64,000 nt of DNA from an uncultured Lentisphaeraceae bacterium. GTDB taxonomy: Bacteria; Verrucomicrobiota; Kiritimatiellia; RFP12; DVOR01. How positions within the stretch are numbered: position 1 is the first letter of the stretch; each line of letters begins with the position of its first letter. The DNA is taken from positions 4,379 through 68,378 of the forward strand of contig CASEMS010000016.1 in assembly GCA_949288955.1 (NCBI GenBank). Reading direction: 5' to 3'. A program made the position numbers and the translations under genes. Positions 55,553 through 64,000 of this stretch are shown here, piece after piece. The notes beneath the pieces were generated by a model. It saw only the letters and a program-made list of their open reading frames with translations. It did no database searches and was not told where the DNA came from.

Positions 55553-55915
55553 CTTCCAAGAAATCCTTTCGCCCCATACGATAGCATATTCCCCCCAACC
55601 TTTTCACGCACCGCCGGGCACCGGGCGCCTCAGGGGCCTTGGTGGGTAAGTCGGAATGGAGTTTTGCCCCGTACCCCGCGACCTTCCACAGGCATACAAC
55701 AGATCACAACGCGCACAGACGCGTCTGTGTCTTGTTGCGCGATGGTTTGTGTGTGTCTGTTGTGGGGGGTGGGGGAGTTCGGGGGCATGGATTCCCTAGG
55801 GAATGACGTGCCGAAAGTGGATAGAGCCAATCTACCCATTGAAAAACTGAAGCGCCGAACGCATATGCGTGGCAGTACTGTCGCCAATTTTGACGCACGC
55901 CTCCCGGACGCCGTC

Positions 55916-56683
55916 TCACAGCCGCCAATCGTCAAGCACCCACGGGCAGGGGCGGACGGAATTGTGCAGTTTGGGGGCATGAAAGCCACGCGCCGCCACG
56001 TCCGGATCCGGGTTGCCATGAAACACCAACACCTTGGTCTTTGGCTTGTGCGGTGTGAGAAAGAGATTGAATGGGAGGGGATAGACGCACGTACGCTTGA
56101 AACTTTTCACCCAGTCCTCCGGCCACCAACACGGCAAGCGCCCGGTTGCCTGTGTCATGGCATAGGTCATGAAGGCTTGCTCCGTGCGATAACGGGCACG
56201 GTCAACCGCCTGCGGCATCTCGTCCAAAAAGCGTTGATAAACGGCATGTGCCTCCGCACTGCCGGCATTGAAGCGAAAGAGCGAGGAGTTGCCAATGTCC
56301 GGCAATTTCCGGAAGATGCGTTTGCGCCGCTCCACCCAGTTGTGGATAATGCAAAACCGCCCCGGCGCGTAATCGAAGAAACAGTCGATATCCTCCTGGA
56401 TCACGACGTCCACGTCAAAGAACAGCGTCGGTCCCCGCAAGTCGGCCAACCCCTTGCGAAAGAGACACAGCTTCACGAAGATGTCCGGCCAGCAATCGAA
56501 AACCCCCGGGTCCGGGTTCTCGGGGAACGGGCACGCCTCGATGCCCGCGTCCAGCCCCGTCGCGTCATCCGTGACGCAGACAAACCGAAACGGCCGGCGC
56601 AAATGCCGCCGCACCGAGGCATGCAGGATATTCGTGAACGCGGCGGGATAACGCGTCCCCCACTTCAGGCAAAGAATGTTCAC
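55916..56683 (-). CDS. putative glycosyltransferase (DxD type), start uncertain
   Basis: VNILCLKWGTRYPAAFTNIL...LFFDVDVVIQEDIDCFFD has a DVD motif. GTG start chosen at 56683. The track ORF extends to 56779. Confidence 0.55.
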   Translation of the reverse strand: MNILCLKWGTRYPAAFTNILHASVRRHLRRPFRFVCVTDDATGLDAGIEACPFPENPDPGVFDCWPDIFVKLCLFRKGLADLRGPTLFFDVDVVIQEDIDCFFDYAPGRFCIIHNWVERRKRIFRKLPDIGNSSLFRFNAGSAEAHAVYQRFLDEMPQAVDRARYRTEQAFMTYAMTQATGRLPCWWPEDWVKSFKRTCVYPLPFNLFLTPHKPKTKVLVFHGNPDPDVAARGFHAPKLHNSVRPCPWVLDDWRL

Positions 56684-56807
56684 CGGTTCCGACTTGGTCA
56701 ATCCTCCGAGACGAACGACAATCGAAAACGCCAAAGCCCACCCGCCCGGCACGCCCGCCCGGCAAGGGAATCGCCCCAAACAAAAAATCCTGTGCCGCCC
56801 GCCGCCA

Positions 56808-57611
56808 TCACAGCCTCCTCTTCCCGCGCGTGGCCAGCAGATACACCCCGAAACGCCCCATGTCGCGCGGGACGATCTGCCGCGGGATGCGCAACGCGTC
56901 CGCGTGCGCCTCGCGCTTGCGCGTGGTCACGGCGTAACGATAGCCCGCCGCGCGCACCAACCGCTCCTCCCGCGCCCCGAAGTCCCCGAAAGGATAGGCG
57001 AACGACACGATTGGCTCCCCCACCAGCGCCTCGAGCGTGCGCTTGTTCGCCGCAATCTCCGCCCGCGCCGTCGCCTCATCGCAATCCCGCGCCAGCCAAA
57101 CATGCCCCGCCGTGTGCCCCCCAAACTCCACCAGCCCCGACCGCGCCATCTCCCGGATCTGCCCATCCGACAAAAACCTTGGCCCGCGCCGATCCGTCAC
57201 GAAACACGTCGCCGGCACCCCCAATTCCCGCAAAATCGGGAACAGTTCCGTGAAATTGTCCGCGAACCCATCGTCAAACGTCAGCACCATTGTTCGCCTA
57301 TGGCACGGCCCATCGAACGCCTCCCGGAGCGTCCTGAACGTATACCCATCCGCCAGCAAATCCAAAATCAGCCGCCGCAACGCCGGCGGGCGGATGGAAT
57401 TGTTCGGCGCCTCCGGCTCCGCGATCCCCTCGCTCACCGAATGCAACATCAGCACCGCCGGCACGCCCGCCGGCCTACGCGGCCACCAAAACAACGCCCG
57501 CGCCGAAACCGCCGCGAACGCCGTCGCCGCCCTTGATTGGCTTGGCGTTTGTTGCGTAAGTGCCCAATGTCTGTCGCATTTGGCGTTTGGGCATGTCATG
57601 GTAGGTCTCAT
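56808..57611 (-). CDS. polysaccharide deacetylase (NodB homology domain)
   Basis: MVLTFDDGFADNFTELFPILRELGVPATCFV...FGGHTAGH...SFAYPFG. ATGA overlap with the upstream GT8 stop. Confidence 0.85.
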   Translation of the reverse strand: MRPTMTCPNAKCDRHWALTQQTPSQSRAATAFAAVSARALFWWPRRPAGVPAVLMLHSVSEGIAEPEAPNNSIRPPALRRLILDLLADGYTFRTLREAFDGPCHRRTMVLTFDDGFADNFTELFPILRELGVPATCFVTDRRGPRFLSDGQIREMARSGLVEFGGHTAGHVWLARDCDEATARAEIAANKRTLEALVGEPIVSFAYPFGDFGAREERLVRAAGYRYAVTTRKREAHADALRIPRQIVPRDMGRFGVYLLATRGKRRL

Positions 57612-58654
57612 GGTTTACTTGGAAGGTCTGTTTCCTTTTCTAAACTCAAGGCGATGCGACGATGTAAACCCAATGGGACACAAAACGAAAAGATCTTGCG
57701 GCGACGCACCAAGTTTTCGTCGTGGTGGATAAAGTCGTCAATCCATTTGCGCCAAGTCGAAAAGAGACCACTTTCGAGCAATGCGTCAAACCAAAGGTCG
57801 GCCATTGGGGAGTCCGGATATTTCCATGGCTTGATGCCGGAGGCGTAATGGATTTGGACCGGATGTGCAAACATGGCATCCCATGCAGGATTGGAGGCGC
57901 GTTCTTTTTGCGTGAGGCGGGCATACTCACGCCAATAGCCGGCAATCGCCATCATGCGCGGAGGGTAAGCCTTGAGCGCAGGGGAACAAACCAAATTGAG
58001 AACGTCCATTTCCGGGAGAATCAGACGGTGAGCATTGTCTTGAACAAACTTAAGGCACCGTTCTGCCACGTTCTCACGTCGCATTTTCGCCAGATTCAAC
58101 GTCATGAATCCGGAGCCGAGTGTCATCCGGGCACGTTCGGCGGCGGAGAAGTTTTTCGTGTAACGCCGGAGCGATTTGGGGAGGCCGGAATCGCGTAAAA
58201 TCCCTTTGCCATGCCAAACCGCGTAGGAAACATCTTCCGGGCCTGCAAAATAAATATCCTCATCGGATCTCAGACAATCGAACGCGAGTGCGACATCATC
58301 GGCGTACACCACATCCACGTCGGCGACCACCACTCGGTCGTATTGTGGAAACCAATCCGCGAGCTTCAACTTGTGATACAGATCCTTGGAAAAGTTACCC
58401 TCCACCTTGGGGAGCGCCAAGGGCGGCGCTTCCATGATGTGAAGCGAAGCATTTGGAAAAAGCCCAACCACACGCTCCAGACAGGCACAATCCGCCTTGG
58501 AAAGTCCTGTTCCCACGACATGGATGCTGTACCGGCGACTTGGGTTCGCATGTTGCAACAACGAATAGAAGCAAACCCCAGCGGGAAGGACATAATTTCG
58601 ATTGAAACAATGAATAATCGGGATTTCTCCCAGCGTCTCATTCGTTTGTTTCAT
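57608..58654 (-). CDS. glycosyltransferase family 8
   Basis: MKQTNETLGEIPIIHCFNRNYVLPAGVCFYSLLQH...DRVVVADVDVVYADDV. An alternative start lies at 58684. Low-GC island. Confidence 0.8.
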   Translation of the reverse strand: MKQTNETLGEIPIIHCFNRNYVLPAGVCFYSLLQHANPSRRYSIHVVGTGLSKADCACLERVVGLFPNASLHIMEAPPLALPKVEGNFSKDLYHKLKLADWFPQYDRVVVADVDVVYADDVALAFDCLRSDEDIYFAGPEDVSYAVWHGKGILRDSGLPKSLRRYTKNFSAAERARMTLGSGFMTLNLAKMRRENVAERCLKFVQDNAHRLILPEMDVLNLVCSPALKAYPPRMMAIAGYWREYARLTQKERASNPAWDAMFAHPVQIHYASGIKPWKYPDSPMADLWFDALLESGLFSTWRKWIDDFIHHDENLVRRRKIFSFCVPLGLHRRIALSLEKETDLPSKP

Positions 58655-58667
58655 CGCATCCACCCTT

Positions 58668-59636
58668 TCACGAAAACAAATCAAAAAAACGTAGACGAAG
58701 CGCTGCTTTTAATGGGAGACGAATGTCAATCGTTTGTTTGGCATGACGAATGGCTTCTGCGATTTGTCGCCGCTCTTCGGGGGAATAATCCGAACGACGA
58801 TGCCAACATTTGTAGATAATCCAACGGACCAATACCCACTGTAAGGCGGCTTTGGCGCTTTCCGAAAGTTCGGGGTATGTGCGCAACAACCCGTCCTTAT
58901 AGGCGTTCCACACCGCCTCAAACGATTGGCACATCAACCGTGTCCACCGAAGGGAAAGTGTAGAACTCTGACTCCCCGGCGTGATGCTAAAACGATAGAC
59001 GTAAGCGGGGATCCTCACGAGGGAATTGGCCCTCCAGAGATGCTGGGCGCAAAAAACCGCATCGTCCGTTCCGGGAATGGAGGGGTCTAACCGTTTGTCC
59101 CCCCACCATGAGCGACGATAAAGGCGATTCCACAGGTTTACGCCTCCCTGAGAGGGAAGGTAAAGCGTTGCCACATGTCTTGCGAGGTTCTCGCCCTCAA
59201 AAATCGTGAGCGGTTCCTTTTTCGTGCGCAACGAGACTTCCGGCAATGGCGCCGCGCCATCCGCCCGCTCAACCAACCCTTCCACCACGTCGGCCCCAGT
59301 TCTTTGAGCGGCTTCCAACAATGATTGAAACGCCTCAGGAAAATAGAGGTCATCCTGATCCAGGAATGCCAGCCACTCCCCTGTCGCGTTGTCTATTCCG
59401 GTGTTGCGTGCGGCCCCCATCCCCAAATTGCGTACATGCCGCAACAAACGAAACCGTCTGTCGCGTCGAACAAGCGTTTCCGCCTTGGCGATTCCCTCTC
59501 GGTTTGGCCCGGCATCATCAATCAAAAGGCACTCAAAGTCCCCCTCCGTTTGCTCGGCAAGCGAATGGCCCACGCGCTCAATCCATGGCTCGCAATTATA
59601 AAGGGGGACGATGACGGAAATCTTCGGCCTCTTCAT
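58668..59636 (-). CDS. glycosyltransferase family 2
   Basis: [45 protein letters not shown]...LAFLDQDD. ATGA overlap with the epimerase stop. Confidence 0.88.
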   Translation of the reverse strand: MKRPKISVIVPLYNCEPWIERVGHSLAEQTEGDFECLLIDDAGPNREGIAKAETLVRRDRRFRLLRHVRNLGMGAARNTGIDNATGEWLAFLDQDDLYFPEAFQSLLEAAQRTGADVVEGLVERADGAAPLPEVSLRTKKEPLTIFEGENLARHVATLYLPSQGGVNLWNRLYRRSWWGDKRLDPSIPGTDDAVFCAQHLWRANSLVRIPAYVYRFSITPGSQSSTLSLRWTRLMCQSFEAVWNAYKDGLLRTYPELSESAKAALQWVLVRWIIYKCWHRRSDYSPEERRQIAEAIRHAKQTIDIRLPLKAALRLRFFDLFS

Positions 59637-60466
59637 AAGTGTTCCTCCCTTCCCAAAATGGCACGAATCTTGGTGGCATCGCCATAGATACACGGCGAGT
59701 CATACGGACGATCCGGATAGGCGCCGACTTGAAGGTGGATGTTCAGCCTATTTTCCTGAATGAAGGCACGGGCACGATCAAGCAATCGTTGCGGATGCCC
59801 GGAACAACAGTGTATGACACCTGTCACATCGCGTTGACAAACTGTTGCGGCAATCATGTTGGCACATTCGTTTATCTCCAAGAAGTCAAACTCGCGCGTG
59901 CCGCTCACAAAGGGGAACTCATGTTTTTGTTCACGCGCCGCCTTCAGTAAATGCGTGAAGACCGAATGGTTGGCGCCATCATCGCCATAAAGATAGAACA
60001 TGCGCAACCATTGGAAAACACACTTGGGCTGCTCGCTCTCAAGCCACGTTTCAATCAAGCGTCGCAAGGTGTCTTTCGCGATGGCGTAAAGCGTTGTGGG
60101 GTGGCATGGCGTCGTTTCGGTTACCATCCCCTCATGATAACCAACTTCATGTACCGTCCCCGCGATTGCGACTTGAGAGACGCCTCCAAGAACCATGCGA
60201 CGAATGAAGTCAAAGTGGCGCGAAAGTTGCAACGCATGGGAAGGCGAATTGTGCTGAAAGTTGTCCTGCCAAGCCAAATGAAGCAAAACATCGCCCTTTG
60301 GCAACTCCGACGCCTCCAAAATATCGCCTTGGAGGATTTGTGCACCCGTCGGCACGTTGTCGACTTGCCGATCCCATGCCAACACGTCCACACCCCGGTG
60401 AAGCAATGCCTTTACGACATGCCGCCCAATGTAGCCGTTTGCCCCGGTTATGACCACGCGCATCAC
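59633..60466 (-). CDS. NAD-dependent epimerase/dehydratase family protein
   Basis: [28 protein letters not shown] has the Rossmann GxxGxxG motif. 277 aa. Confidence 0.88.
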   Translation of the reverse strand: MMRVVITGANGYIGRHVVKALLHRGVDVLAWDRQVDNVPTGAQILQGDILEASELPKGDVLLHLAWQDNFQHNSPSHALQLSRHFDFIRRMVLGGVSQVAIAGTVHEVGYHEGMVTETTPCHPTTLYAIAKDTLRRLIETWLESEQPKCVFQWLRMFYLYGDDGANHSVFTHLLKAAREQKHEFPFVSGTREFDFLEINECANMIAATVCQRDVTGVIHCCSGHPQRLLDRARAFIQENRLNIHLQVGAYPDRPYDSPCIYGDATKIRAILGREEHL

Positions 60467-61311
60467 ATTCTCCTTGTTGCGAGTTTAAGAAATAGCCACC
60501 GTCCAAAAGCCTTTATGAACACCCCATTGCGTGAAACCTCAAAGAAAAACCGCTTTCGCGACAAGAAGGGAACCAAATCACTTGTGCTTACAACACGTTC
60601 GGGCAATCGTTTGAGCCGCCCCTCTTGTATGGCCTTGGCAATCCTCTCCAAGGTTTTCGGGATATTCGTCCAGTCAAGCGTCACCTGGCCATCCATGTGC
60701 GGAAAATCGTATTCCCACCATCGACTCGCCTCAATGGCCGCGATGGTTTCCGGTGGAAAGCGATAACGAATGACACGCGCCGGCACGCCCCCGACGATGG
60801 CATAAGGCGGCACGTCTTTTGTAACGACGGCTCCCGTGGCAATCACCGCGCCATTTCCAATCGTCAAACCGTCCATTATGGTGGTTCGCGAACCAATCCA
60901 AACGTCATGGCCAATGATGATGGGCCCGCGCAACGTGACCGGTTCGGCGGTGGCCGCCGGAAAGATCTCAAATGGCCACGCCTCATTGCCTTCCGCATAA
61001 GGCGAAGTCGTCAACCGCCTCAAGTCATGTCTCGGCAAAGAAAACAATATTTCGCGACCAAATGAGCAATAATTTCCTGCTTGAACATTGACTAACACTG
61101 AATTGGTATATGAATAATACCCCATCGACACCTCATAATCCTCGGTACAAATGATGTCTTGTTTAATGCTTGCATAGGAAGCAAAGCGAAGACTTCCCCG
61201 GGGACTTATGACAATCTTTCGAGGTAAAATCACCTTCCAAGCGCTTCGCAATTCGCGCAAGGCCTTTGGCGAAAACCGATAACTAAGCACGCGCCCCATT
61301 GAAAACCTCAT
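60463..61311 (-). CDS. hexapeptide-repeat (LbH) acetyltransferase
   Basis: [55 protein letters not shown]. Paralogous to the C-terminal half of the upstream gene. Confidence 0.85.
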   Translation of the reverse strand: MRFSMGRVLSYRFSPKALRELRSAWKVILPRKIVISPRGSLRFASYASIKQDIICTEDYEVSMGYYSYTNSVLVNVQAGNYCSFGREILFSLPRHDLRRLTTSPYAEGNEAWPFEIFPAATAEPVTLRGPIIIGHDVWIGSRTTIMDGLTIGNGAVIATGAVVTKDVPPYAIVGGVPARVIRYRFPPETIAAIEASRWWEYDFPHMDGQVTLDWTNIPKTLERIAKAIQEGRLKRLPERVVSTSDLVPFLSRKRFFFEVSRNGVFIKAFGRWLFLKLATRRM

Positions 61312-63136
61312 CCGTTACGGCATAGAGCCATTTATGCCTATGCGGCGAAAGAAACAGCCAGATCCCGGCCAATTTAAGACTCGGGAAGAAGTGCGACAAT
61401 CCGAAATGGAACAACCTCTTGGTCGAGAAAGGTTGTATGTCCTCACGCTTGACCTCCCAAGCCTCCGGAAGCAATTTTAGCAACCCCTCCTCTTTTTCTT
61501 TTTGCAAGGTGTCCAAAACGGAAGACACATCCCGATAGTCAAACAAAGACCTTGGGTGCCAATTTGGCAGATCAAAGTGCCACCATTGGCTTGCCTCCAA
61601 CCTAGAGATTATTTCCGGTGAAAACCGATAGCGGATGACGCGCGCCGGAACCCCGCCGACAATGGCATAAGGCGGCACATCTTTTGTAACGATGGCCCCC
61701 GCGCCAACGATTGCGCCATTGCCAATCGTTACACCTTCCATGATAATCACACGTTGCCCAACCCAAACATCATGGCCAATCCGCACAGGCTCGTGGAAAA
61801 CCGTTTTGTGACACTCAGACTGTTGCGTGGTTCCCTCATAAAGGTGAGGCGACGTGGAGAGCAACGTAATTGGATGCCGAATCGGGGAGAATGAAACGTC
61901 ATCCGCGATGGAACAGTAATTGCCAATATCAACGTTGGAAAGATCCGAACGGGAATAGGAATAGGCGCCAAGCGCCACCGACTTCCCTTCCGACAGCCGA
62001 ATCGTCTCATACGACGAGCAATGAATACCCAGCTTGAGACAAGCATCGTCTCGCCAAACGATTTTCTTTGGCAACCCAACTCGCCAGTAATGTTTCAGAC
62101 ACTTTCTGATTCTATTGCTGAAACGATAATTCTTGTCGACACATCGATTTTGGAGAGCCTTGGCCCCATCAACCTCGGTCGAGGAAACACGCGAGGCATT
62201 GATTCCCTTTGCCACGGTGTGCTTTCGAACCAATATCCCAAACAGGAGCGTTCGTTCGGTTTCTTTTTTGACATAACGAAACCAAACAAAACCCTTCATG
62301 TGTGCCCACACAAAAGGAAGCGCATGGTCTCTGTATGGTGTTTTCAACAAAAACCGCAAATAAAGCGGCCATGTGCGATTCTTCCAAATGTTGCACCACG
62401 GTTTTGCTGTAAAGCTGCTGAAATGGCGAATCGCAGGTCGCTCACCCTTTTCCAACAGTCGCGGGTCTTGGCAATTCCAGCGCATCGGAAGAAGGCGAAT
62501 ATGCCCTTGGGAGAGCAAATTGATGACATCTTGATCCGGCCAAGCCAACGTCTTGCCCAACTTATGCGTCAAAGCAAAACAGTTGCGCTCAAAATCAATT
62601 TGCCGCAACTTTCCCAAGTTCATGAGCAGCACGCCGGAATTGATATAATCCGCGTTTTCCGGGAACCCCAATTGCTTCCGATAACCTGCAAACCGAGAAT
62701 TGTTCCCGGAGTCATTGGCGACACCTGCCAGAAAAGCGTCGCCCAAATCGGTGTCATACAACGCGGACAGGTCATCCAATACCAACGTGTCCACATCCAG
62801 ATAAAGCGTCCGCTGCTCATTTTGCAAAACGGACGGCAACAGATACCGATAATACATCTCCTGCGTGATATGCTCCAGTGGCAACGGGAATTCGCTAAAA
62901 CGGCTTGGATTTACCGCATGTGTCATGACACGACATCGGCCGACCGGCCACATTTGTGACAAAGCGCGCAACCGCTCCCGAGATTCATCCGACAACTGCC
63001 GCGCCAGAACATGAATGACAAAGCGTCTCCCAGGGGTGTGCAAAAGGGCCGAAACCACAACCACCGTCAAGTGTTGCACATAATTGTCCGAGACACAAAA
63101 TGACAAACTGATAGGCTCGCGGTTCATAGTGCTCAT
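61283..63136 (-). CDS. GT8 glycosyltransferase fused to a hexapeptide-repeat acetyltransferase
   Basis: N-terminus [25 protein letters not shown]...[18 protein letters not shown] is GT8. C-terminus [55 protein letters not shown] is LbH. ATG at 63136 is preceded by GGAAGG. Confidence 0.8.
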   Translation of the reverse strand: MSTMNREPISLSFCVSDNYVQHLTVVVVSALLHTPGRRFVIHVLARQLSDESRERLRALSQMWPVGRCRVMTHAVNPSRFSEFPLPLEHITQEMYYRYLLPSVLQNEQRTLYLDVDTLVLDDLSALYDTDLGDAFLAGVANDSGNNSRFAGYRKQLGFPENADYINSGVLLMNLGKLRQIDFERNCFALTHKLGKTLAWPDQDVINLLSQGHIRLLPMRWNCQDPRLLEKGERPAIRHFSSFTAKPWCNIWKNRTWPLYLRFLLKTPYRDHALPFVWAHMKGFVWFRYVKKETERTLLFGILVRKHTVAKGINASRVSSTEVDGAKALQNRCVDKNYRFSNRIRKCLKHYWRVGLPKKIVWRDDACLKLGIHCSSYETIRLSEGKSVALGAYSYSRSDLSNVDIGNYCSIADDVSFSPIRHPITLLSTSPHLYEGTTQQSECHKTVFHEPVRIGHDVWVGQRVIIMEGVTIGNGAIVGAGAIVTKDVPPYAIVGGVPARVIRYRFSPEIISRLEASQWWHFDLPNWHPRSLFDYRDVSSVLDTLQKEKEEGLLKLLPEAWEVKREDIQPFSTKRLFHFGLSHFFPSLKLAGIWLFLSPHRHKWLYAVTDEVFNGARA

Positions 63137-63165
63137 CAATGCCTTCCAGGATGTGCTAAAAATGC

Positions 63166-64000
63166 TCAAGAGAAAGATGCGTAAACATTGATGGACTTGC
63201 CGTGGGCAAATCGGGTACGCAAACACCGCAACCATTGCCAAAGCTCGGAGAGGAAGCCGCGCAACGTGTGGCGCAAGGCGTGTCGGCTGCGCAAGAGGCG
63301 CGTGGCGGAGGCTTGGAGGATGGCCGCTTCGGGCGTGTGCGTGATGGCATAGAGCACGCGGGCGTGAAGGTTGTAACGCTCACGGATGAGGCGCTGCGCC
63401 TCGGCGATGGCCGTCTGTCCTTTGCCGTAAGCATCCTCGGCGATGGCCTCGCGGATGATGGCGGCGGCGCGCGCGGGGTCGTCCACGGGAATCGCGCGAA
63501 AAGCCTCGTGCGGGAAATAGTCGCCGAAGTCCGGCGCGCCGGCGTAGAACAGGAAGCAGCCCGCGGCAAGCGCGTCGGTCGGCTTCTCCGTCCAATGGCG
63601 CGGGGCGAAATGGTTCTCCACCGCGATGGTGTAGCGGAAGGGCTCCAGAGCCTCGGCCTTCCGCGCGATTGGGCGCACACCCTGCCCGAACCATGTCATC
63701 TCGGGAAGCAATTTGGCCAATGCCCGCGTCAGCCGCAATCGTTTGTGATGTTGGGTATGCCGCTGGTTCTTGGACGAGCAGACCGTGGAAAGCTGTTCCG
63801 TTCGTGGCGGCAAAACGGGGCTCGGATTGTAATAAGGCATCATCGCGCCATTGAGCAGGAACTTGCCGGGATGCCGGATGAACGGGCGTGGTTGCGAGGT
63901 CAGCACCGCCGCGAATTGGCGCGTGTAGACCGGGGGATAACGCTTGATCGTCGGCGGCTCCGCCGTCACCAACACGGCATGCGCGCCATCGGGCAACGCG
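63166..64000 (-). CDS. GT10-like (alpha-1,3-fucosyltransferase family) glycosyltransferase, 5' end beyond the window
   Basis: [38 protein letters not shown] matches the GT10 ENxxxxxYxTEK motif region. The frame stays open to the window end, and the track start at 63996 is a TTG. Confidence 0.65.
   Translation of the reverse strand, partial: ALPDGAHAVLVTAEPPTIKRYPPVYTRQFAAVLTSQPRPFIRHPGKFLLNGAMMPYYNPSPVLPPRTEQLSTVCSSKNQRHTQHHKRLRLTRALAKLLPEMTWFGQGVRPIARKAEALEPFRYTIAVENHFAPRHWTEKPTDALAAGCFLFYAGAPDFGDYFPHEAFRAIPVDDPARAAAIIREAIAEDAYGKGQTAIAEAQRLIRERYNLHARVLYAITHTPEAAILQASATRLLRSRHALRHTLRGFLSELWQWLRCLRTRFAHGKSINVYASFS

Overview
High-GC (roughly two-thirds G+C by eye) Gram-negative chromosomal segment. 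It encodes LpxA, an LptF/G permease, OmpA, TolC/RND efflux and ExbBD. A PVC-type lineage is possible, but that is a low-confidence guess. Most long ORFs antisense to real genes in the track are GC shadow ORFs.

Gene order:
- cysS (partial), rpsT
- an HU-like / TolC / MFP / RND / rubredoxin operon
- a two-module glycosyltransferase plus VanZ, then tRNA-Cys
- a GH3 glycosidase with an apparent frameshift, a Zn-ribbon protein, scpA
- a five-gene operon of exported proteins and lipoproteins of unknown function
- a TonB-like gene plus a 1177-aa secreted PA14/discoidin protein
- guaA with a decayed glutaminase domain
- a low-GC restriction-modification islet bounded by 32-bp direct repeats
- LysE, maf, a DUF362 gene
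- a long minus-strand operon: YkgJ, exbB, exbD, TonB-like, M60 peptidase, radical SAM, comEC
- a candidate Mn riboswitch plus a P-type ATPase
- the complete F1Fo atp operon, a DUF2723/TPR membrane protein, lpxA, lptF/G, ompA
- an eight-gene glycan locus whose core is a low-GC island

Most unusual signals:
- A family of composite intergenic repeats at six loci. Its hallmark is a strictly 22-bp-phased tandem array of a quasi-palindromic core, usually just upstream of predicted extended -10 promoters.
- Two of these loci form about 0.5-kb inverted repeats that bracket a 10-kb segment.
- The uncharacterised five-gene envelope operon lies between two of the repeat loci.
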